Positions 58,003 through 64,000 of a stretch of 64,000 nt of DNA are shown in pieces. The notes under the pieces are model-generated. The model saw only the letters and a program-made list of their open reading frames with translations, was not told the DNA's origin and did no database searches. The stretch covers positions 124,001 to 188,000 of the IMG/VR virus record IMGVR_UViG_3300021963_000023; one strand, given 5' to 3'. The translations under genes were made by a program, and so were the position numbers. The stretch's first letter is position 1; each line of letters opens with the position of its first letter.

Positions 58003-58102
58003 ATCACTTGATAAGCGTGAGATGTTTGCAATAAAACCAAAAAAGAAAATATCTATTTGGGATAAGATATTAATTATTTTTGGATATGGAAAAAAAGGGT
58101 GA
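57899..58102 (+). CDS. Small basic hypothetical protein
   Basis: ATG ORF overlapping the 3' end of the previous gene. Confidence 0.6.
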   Translation: MGKKIQQGLDWLSKEMEKDQKEIQNHRKKLVHQIKSLDKREMFAIKPKKKISIWDKILIIFGYGKKG

Positions 58103-58319
58103 TCTATTTAATCAGCTAGCAATCATATCAGATTTGTTAGAGAAATGTAATTTAACTTCCGTAAGTCAAACTATTGTTATTGAAGTCCCAAAATCCGAAT
58201 TCGATAGAATATATAAAATAATACAATCAAAAGTTAGATTTACAGACGTCTTCCCAAAAGATAGTTTTAATGTTAAGATCGGTGTGGTTGATATTGTTTT
58301 TAATATGAGTAATGTCTAA
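58086..58319 (+). CDS. Small hypothetical protein
   Basis: ATG at 58086; converges on the minus-strand gene. Confidence 0.6.
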   Translation: MEKKGDLFNQLAIISDLLEKCNLTSVSQTIVIEVPKSEFDRIYKIIQSKVRFTDVFPKDSFNVKIGVVDIVFNMSNV

Positions 58320-58977
58320 GAAGTTCGCTTCTTTTAAATCCACCGTTAATTTCTAAAACATCATACAAATATTTCTTATTAGCCTTAGTTACGGGTCTAG
58401 TAAAAATGAAATTGGCTTTACCTCTTGAAAGCATTTCAGTTCTCAGTAAAAGAAATAATCTTAATCCGTCGTTAATGTTTTTATTCTGATAAACCCAGAA
58501 TGTATTATCAACTTGTACAAAAATTTTATTATTTAAAATAAAAATTGTTCCTGGTTCTTTTATATCCCAAATAATATCAAACATCTCATCATAATGTATA
58601 TGTTTGTTTTGTTGACCATCATATATCTTCTCCTCTTCCCACCAAGGTATTAAATCTTTAATTCTATGGTTTTCAAATCCTTTACATGGATCAACCTCTT
58701 GATTTCTACCTAATTTATCTTGTCGAAAAACCTTTTCTTCTGTAGACCATCTATTTTTGGGGTATATCAATACTAATTCAAACTCTAATTTAGTTCTAGC
58801 TCTTCCTCTATTTTCAGCACAATATAATGGTTTTTCCTTAGCTTTACAGGTTCTCCAATATTCATGAATAGTCGTCAACTTACTAGAAGAGTGTAATATT
58901 TTTTTTCGTTTAAACGTCTTAGTTTTAGGGTCCATTATCATGACCACTATCATATATTTAGGTTTTTTACCACTCAT
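58300..58977 (-). CDS. Hypothetical basic protein (225 aa)
   Basis: Long minus-strand ORF filling a gap with no + strand gene; start coupled (ATGA) to upstream small gene. Confidence 0.75.
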   Translation of the reverse strand: MSGKKPKYMIVVMIMDPKTKTFKRKKILHSSSKLTTIHEYWRTCKAKEKPLYCAENRGRARTKLEFELVLIYPKNRWSTEEKVFRQDKLGRNQEVDPCKGFENHRIKDLIPWWEEEKIYDGQQNKHIHYDEMFDIIWDIKEPGTIFILNNKIFVQVDNTFWVYQNKNINDGLRLFLLLRTEMLSRGKANFIFTRPVTKANKKYLYDVLEINGGFKRSELLRHYSY

Positions 58978-59126
58978 ATTACTTTCTGAATAAGGGAATA
59001 GGCGCCATATCCGGCTAGGGCTAATAGAATAACCAAGACAATAATCGCAACTTTTTCAAAGGTGCCCATCTTGGTCATCATCTGATGTTTTAGTGATTTA
59101 TTTCCTTTACAATTATTACATCCCAT
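58974..59126 (-). CDS. 50-aa CxxC + single-TM protein (not in ORF track)
   Basis: MGCNNCKGNKSLKHQMMTKMGTFEKVAIIVLVILLALAGYGAYSLIQKVI*; TATTTATA 7 nt upstream on minus strand; stop overlaps next ATG. Confidence 0.7.
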   Translation of the reverse strand: MGCNNCKGNKSLKHQMMTKMGTFEKVAIIVLVILLALAGYGAYSLIQKVI

Positions 59127-59256
59127 GGTAAAATATAAATAATTAATATTAAAAAAACAAATATTTTAGAATTTAAAAAAAAATACTTATATTAGTGTTA
59201 ATAAAATTGATGGATAGTAAAATATTTATCATAATTAGTAACTTAAATTTAATTTT

Positions 59257-59781
59257 ATGGGTAAATGGTATGTAATAAAGGTTATGCCAGGTAAGGAAAG
59301 ACAGTTATCTGAGCAATTCAACACTCAAATAACTATGGGTAACATTGGGTATATCAGTAGGTTTGTCTGCCCATTAGAAAAAGAGTTTGCTGTGGTTAAA
59401 AAGAAAAAAACAATAAGAGAAAAGGTAATATATAATGGTTATTTATATTTTGAGTCTGAGGTTTCACTGACAGACGACCAATTAAAGACAATAGCCGCAA
59501 ACCCATCTGTTATGGGTATGTTGGGTGACAGAACACCTAGAAGAATGAGAGAAAGCGATATTGATAAGATCTTAAAGGACGATACATTAGAAAAACATAA
59601 AGAAAGCAAAACATTAAAGTTTATTATAGGTGAACACGTTATTATTACATCTGGGCCATTTTCTTCTTTTAATGGTGTAATTACATCTTTAAAGGGTGAT
59701 AAGGTTGATTTAACAGTTAAGGTGTTTGGTAGAGAAACGTTGGTTGAGGTTAATATAGATCAAATTTCAAAAATATATTAA
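59257..59781 (+). CDS. nusG: Transcription elongation factor NusG (NGN + KOW)
   Basis: KWYVIKVMPGKE; YNGYLYFE; PSVMGMLG; GEHVIITSGPFSSFNG..; V.VFGRET.VE. Confidence 0.92.
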   Translation: MGKWYVIKVMPGKERQLSEQFNTQITMGNIGYISRFVCPLEKEFAVVKKKKTIREKVIYNGYLYFESEVSLTDDQLKTIAANPSVMGMLGDRTPRRMRESDIDKILKDDTLEKHKESKTLKFIIGEHVIITSGPFSSFNGVITSLKGDKVDLTVKVFGRETLVEVNIDQISKIY

Positions 59782-60075
59782 ATGGACATGGAGATTCTTG
59801 TTTATTTGCAGAGGGTTAAAAATTACTTAAAAACAAATGAAGAGGCCAATAAGTATTTCATTGGTAATTCGGATGTTGAAGAATTTTATAAACAATTGGC
59901 ATCAGTCTCTGTTGAAAACTTTGAAAAAAATGGGCAACCTGAATTAACAAAAGAGCAGTTTGAATTATTAAGAATTGCAGCTATTGCAACAACCATTAGC
60001 AAACAAAGAGTATTCTATAGTGATGATAAATTATTTTTATATTTAGACGACTATCCTGGAATTTGTATGAATTAA
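59782..60075 (+). CDS. Hypothetical protein (97 aa)
   Basis: Coupled to nusG. Confidence 0.7.
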   Translation: MDMEILVYLQRVKNYLKTNEEANKYFIGNSDVEEFYKQLASVSVENFEKNGQPELTKEQFELLRIAAIATTISKQRVFYSDDKLFLYLDDYPGICMN

Positions 60076-60112
60076 ATTTTAAAAATCAATTTATTTTCTT
60101 TATATTAGAGTT

Positions 60113-61174
60113 ATGAAACTACCCCAAGACTTTATTTTGTATGAAACTTCATATGGTAACGATATACCATGTGAACAGTTATTTCTAACGCATTTTAATG
60201 CAATACCATCGAAGCTCGCAAACAAAACGTTATATGATCCTAAAATAATGGATTACCTAAAAGAAAATGGGTTTATTGAAATGGTAAGGGTGTCTTCTTC
60301 AAAACGAGACGACAATTGTTGGGAATCTCTATTATTAAATGATGATAAAAAACTTTTCATAGACATCTCAACAAGAGCTGATAGTAAAAACGATTTAGTT
60401 GGTGTTGAGTTTATATACAATATAGCATTAGGGGAATTGGGTACTCAAATTAATTTAAATGAAATTAAAAAATTTGAGAGACAGAAAAGAAAAGCGAATA
60501 TTAATTTAGTTAAAAGTGAAATGGGTCATATGGATACTGAAGAATATGATTTACATATTCCAGATATTGATCTAAGATTAAACTATGGCGAAGAATTTAC
60601 TAAGGTAAATGATGTGATTGTTCAAAGGTTAAATAAACCAAATGACAAGGGAATTATTTTACTTCATGGAGATCCCGGAACCGGTAAGACTTCATATATA
60701 AAATACTTAACCAAATTAATTAAGGATAAGGTTATTTTATTTATTCCACCATCAATGGCGGAGATGTTATCTGAACCAAGTTTTATTCCATTTTTAATGG
60801 ATCACAGAAATAGTATTTTGATTATTGAAGACGCTGAAAGGGTTATCTCAGATAGAGAAGGTAATGGTTCACCAGCTGGTGTTTCAAACATATTAAACCT
60901 AACCGATGGAATCCTTGGGGATTGTTTGAATATCCAAGTTATTGCCACTTTTAACATGAAAAAGGAGAAAATCGATCAAGCGTTACTTAGAAAGGGTAGA
61001 TTAATTGCTGAGCATAAGTTTGAAAAATTATCAATAGAAGAAACCAACAAATTATTAAAACATTTAAAAAAAGATCACGTTTCAGAGGAAGGAATGGTAC
61101 TTTCTGATATATATAATATAGAAGTTGAAGTTCATAAATCAACTAAAAATAAAGGTACAAAAATAGGATTTTAA
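60113..61174 (+). CDS. AAA+ ATPase (single module)
   Basis: LLHGDPGTGKTS Walker A; IIEDAE Walker B; LLNLTDG-like; ATFN; ALLRKGR SRH. Confidence 0.9.
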   Translation: MKLPQDFILYETSYGNDIPCEQLFLTHFNAIPSKLANKTLYDPKIMDYLKENGFIEMVRVSSSKRDDNCWESLLLNDDKKLFIDISTRADSKNDLVGVEFIYNIALGELGTQINLNEIKKFERQKRKANINLVKSEMGHMDTEEYDLHIPDIDLRLNYGEEFTKVNDVIVQRLNKPNDKGIILLHGDPGTGKTSYIKYLTKLIKDKVILFIPPSMAEMLSEPSFIPFLMDHRNSILIIEDAERVISDREGNGSPAGVSNILNLTDGILGDCLNIQVIATFNMKKEKIDQALLRKGRLIAEHKFEKLSIEETNKLLKHLKKDHVSEEGMVLSDIYNIEVEVHKSTKNKGTKIGF

Positions 61175-61177
61175 ATT

Positions 61178-61483
61178 ATGGAAAATATTACATCAGAACA
61201 ATTAAAAAAATTACAATCAAACGGTGACGCAATTTTGGTGGACTACTTCGCCAAATGGTGTGGTCCATGCAAAACACTTATGCCAAGATTATCAGCATTA
61301 CAAAGTGAATACCCCAATATAAAGTTTGTTTCTATAGATGTGGATGAGAATATGCCACACGCTGTTGAAGCTGGTATCAGATCGGTACCAACAGTGATAT
61401 TTTATAAAGGTGAAGAACAGGTAGATCGCTCAACTGGTGCAAATGCTGATTCTTATTATAAAGATATTTTAAACACTTTATAA
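61178..61483 (+). CDS. trxA: Thioredoxin
   Basis: DYFAKWCGPCK; IRSVPT. Confidence 0.92.
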   Translation: MENITSEQLKKLQSNGDAILVDYFAKWCGPCKTLMPRLSALQSEYPNIKFVSIDVDENMPHAVEAGIRSVPTVIFYKGEEQVDRSTGANADSYYKDILNTL

Positions 61484-61484
61484 A

Positions 61485-61757
61485 ATGCAATATACTGTTA
61501 ACATATTCACATTAGAAGGTTGTTCTCATTGTAAAACATTAAAAGAAGAACTAAAAAAACAATCAATACCCTATACTGAATTTGAGGTTAATAAATTTAG
61601 AAAGATTTATGACAGTATTTTAGCAATTACAAAAGAAGATGCGCTACCAACAGTATACTTACAAAATCCGGAGACAGACTCCGGTCCAGTTTTCGTTGCC
61701 GGCAGGGATTTTAACACAAAAGAGGAAGCAATAGAGAAGATTCGAAAATATATTTAG
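61485..61757 (+). CDS. Glutaredoxin-like protein
   Basis: IFTLEGCSHCK; ALPTV. Confidence 0.8.
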   Translation: MQYTVNIFTLEGCSHCKTLKEELKKQSIPYTEFEVNKFRKIYDSILAITKEDALPTVYLQNPETDSGPVFVAGRDFNTKEEAIEKIRKYI

Positions 61758-61767
61758 AAAAAACTAG

Positions 61768-61795
61768 AAGGGATTTAAAAAAAATCCCTTTTTTT
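61768..61795 (+). terminator. Intrinsic terminator
   Basis: aagggattt/aaatccctt stem + T run. Confidence 0.8.
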
Positions 61796-61844
61796 ATGCC
61801 AAGAACTATAATAAAAGTATTTATGTAAAAGACTTTACTTTTAC

Positions 61845-64000
61845 ATGGCTTTACAACAAATTAATTGGTTACAGATTGACACAACTACAGTCCCATCCGG
61901 ATCGGTAATAGATTTGGGTGCGATTTCTGGGTCTTTGCATGCAGTGTATGCTGATAACTTATTTATTTCTGGGCAAACCCTTCAACAATATATTGAAAAT
62001 TCTGGTACGGCCCAGTTAAACCTATATAGTGCGTCATTAAAGGCCGCAATTGAGACCACTGGGTCAAACCTTACAGTTAAGGGTAATCTCCTTGTTAAAG
62101 GGACTACAACGGCCGTTAATTCGACCACAGTTGCTATTGGAGATAACGTTATTGAGTTAAACGGTACCGAAGCAACAAATGGCGGTCTTTTAATTAAAGA
62201 TCCAACATCACCTAACACAATTTCTGGTTCCCTACTTTGGGACACAACTTTAGATTATTGGAAAGCGGGTCAATTAGGTAGCGAAGAGAGATTGATTAGA
62301 CAAAGTGATTTTACATCACTATCTTCTTCATTATCTAGCTCAATAAACACATTATCTGGTTCATTATCACATTCTATTAGTCTACTTTCGAGTTCACTAT
62401 CAAGTTCAATTACAATACTATCATCTTCATTTTCAGCATCTATTGCTAATTTAGAAGATACCAATATTTGGCAACCAACGGGGTCATTCTACGGAACTTC
62501 TCAAAATATTAAAATTACTGGTAGTGGAGCACTTCTTAACTCACCGGATGGTGCGGTTACAGGAAAATATGCATTAGAGGTTTCACAATCAATACATGCT
62601 GCCAATATAAATGTTGGTATTCCAACATCTAATGATTGGAAAACAAGTTTGGATGGTTCATATTTTAATAACTTTGATAAAAATACAGATGTTTCTGAAA
62701 TATTAAGATTTGTTGCTGGATTATTATCGGCTTCAGCTCCTGATGCGTCACCAAATACGAAGGGATATGGTGGTTATACAAAAAATAACGTTAACACCAC
62801 AACAGGTACGGTAACGGTTGGTAGTATTCCACAAAATTCAACGAACACAACAATCACTTACTTACAAGGTAAGGGATTTGCAACAACTGGAAGCACAATT
62901 TTTAGTGGTGTAACACCAATTTATACACAAACAAATTATGGTCACACATTCACAAGTGTATCATCAGGAACAACAATTGTATCATCTTCGGTTGATTCAC
63001 AATTATTTGGTTTAGGTACATTAAGTAGCGGTACTCCAACCTCGCTTAAAGTTTCGGGTTCATTTACTTTTAAGTTTAAAAATAATAGTTCAAAAACAGA
63101 TACATCAACATCAGGTTCACAATCTTTAATTACACAAACTGGTGCAGGAACAACGAGTGGAGTCTCGTTAGCAAGAATTAACACCGCAAATAACGCGGTA
63201 ATACCTCCAGCATATCAGGATGGTAAATTTGCAACAGTATTCTCACCATCATTATATGGTGCAAGCAGTGATGTTAGTTCAAGTGGATATTATCACATAT
63301 CAAGTTCAATTAGTATTGCGAGTGGATCGAGTCCATTTACCACACCAATTGATAGTTATACCGAAGTATTCTACGCACCATTAACAACAATATCAACAAA
63401 CATTCCGGCACAAACACCAACATTTAGTGGTGTAAGTGTTAATGCAATATCGGCGGTTTCTCGTTCATTGAGTGGAGCACCTTATTTAAGTTCAGCAACA
63501 TATACAATATCGGGGTCAGTATTAGGACTATTTAATCCTTTATATTATGCTGGTACGGGAATTACAACAATTACAGATTCAGATTCCTTAGTAACTGAGT
63601 CGGGCGGAATATTAACAGTATCAACTGCTGGAGGAACAATACAAACTGCAAATGCGGTTTATGATTCAACAGGTGTAACCGCTAGAAGTACAGGAACGGT
63701 ACCATATGAAACCGATATTGTAAAAGTATATACAACATCATCGTTTGTACCGGGTACATCTGACGAAAATATAAATCAAACAGGTTTAGGTACAACATCA
63801 TTCTCATTATATATTAATGGTTTGAATAAAGCGGGAAGTACAACAACAAACACATCAACAGTTTCATATCATACCGCAGGTAATTTTGGACAACCAGCAG
63901 CAAGTGGTAGTTTAGCTTATTATGGTAAGACACAGGGTACAGATACATCAACAACATTAGTTGAATCATTTACAGGAGAAAACAATAGACTACAAGTTAA
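61845..64000 (+). CDS. Tail fibre-like protein, 3'-truncated by window edge (not in ORF track)
   Basis: ATG at 61845 after TATTTATG; frame open to window end; GSNLTVKGNLLVKGTTTAVNSTTVAIGDNVIELN fibre motif; Ser-rich 11-residue coiled coil. Confidence 0.75.
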   Translation, partial: MALQQINWLQIDTTTVPSGSVIDLGAISGSLHAVYADNLFISGQTLQQYIENSGTAQLNLYSASLKAAIETTGSNLTVKGNLLVKGTTTAVNSTTVAIGDNVIELNGTEATNGGLLIKDPTSPNTISGSLLWDTTLDYWKAGQLGSEERLIRQSDFTSLSSSLSSSINTLSGSLSHSISLLSSSLSSSITILSSSFSASIANLEDTNIWQPTGSFYGTSQNIKITGSGALLNSPDGAVTGKYALEVSQSIHAANINVGIPTSNDWKTSLDGSYFNNFDKNTDVSEILRFVAGLLSASAPDASPNTKGYGGYTKNNVNTTTGTVTVGSIPQNSTNTTITYLQGKGFATTGSTIFSGVTPIYTQTNYGHTFTSVSSGTTIVSSSVDSQLFGLGTLSSGTPTSLKVSGSFTFKFKNNSSKTDTSTSGSQSLITQTGAGTTSGVSLARINTANNAVIPPAYQDGKFATVFSPSLYGASSDVSSSGYYHISSSISIASGSSPFTTPIDSYTEVFYAPLTTISTNIPAQTPTFSGVSVNAISAVSRSLSGAPYLSSATYTISGSVLGLFNPLYYAGTGITTITDSDSLVTESGGILTVSTAGGTIQTANAVYDSTGVTARSTGTVPYETDIVKVYTTSSFVPGTSDENINQTGLGTTSFSLYINGLNKAGSTTTNTSTVSYHTAGNFGQPAASGSLAYYGKTQGTDTSTTLVESFTGENNRLQV

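Noticed and set aside
61982-63184. Minus-strand ORFs near the window end
   Set aside because: They are antisense shadows of the long + strand fibre ORF starting at 61845.
1-64000. Stop-codon recoding (TAG/TGA) as seen in some large phages
   Set aside because: Conserved genes (nrdA/B, dnaB, recA, sbcC, nusG) are full length in code 11, and TAG terminates several genes at plausible ends.

Overview
This window is a 64-kb, AT-rich, very densely coded segment of a large tailed-phage (jumbo/T4-like myovirus-type) genome in standard genetic code 11, with almost all genes on the + strand. In order it holds: (1) the 3' part of a baseplate-hub-like gene; (2) a replication/recombination/nucleotide block (gp32-like SSB, RecA/UvsX, 5'-3' exonuclease, DnaB helicase, class Ia NrdB/NrdA); (3) a ~28-kb virion block (gp25- and gp6-like baseplate wedge, large baseplate/tail proteins, Pro/Thr mucin-like fibre proteins, a cadherin + SprB-repeat adhesin); (4) RuvC, primase, PD-(D/E)XK nuclease, SbcD/SbcC and ClpP; (5) a membrane/lysis-like cluster with a sigma-70 factor and an amidase-fold protein; (6) acidic head-associated-looking proteins, an Hc1 histone-like protein, NusG, an AAA ATPase, thioredoxin and glutaredoxin; (7) the 5' part of a tail-fibre gene. 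A Bacteroidota host is inferred from SprB repeats, a Q-rule signal peptide, TATATTTG promoters and SD-less A-rich leaders. No tRNA, rRNA, CRISPR array, integrase or reverse transcriptase was seen. The most unusual signals are: an mRNA whose extreme 5' and 3' ends form a 15-bp helix around a Zn-ribbon gene, with a structured leader (47285-48232); a candidate -1 frameshift on an A10 run giving a Pro/Thr tail to a 4-TM protein (52434-52685); a promoter-to-terminator small RNA (40732-40807); a degenerate Hint domain in a baseplate protein; a pervasive [ST]GxT motif in virion proteins; and two distinct promoter classes. All family assignments are from motif recognition by eye, not database searches.
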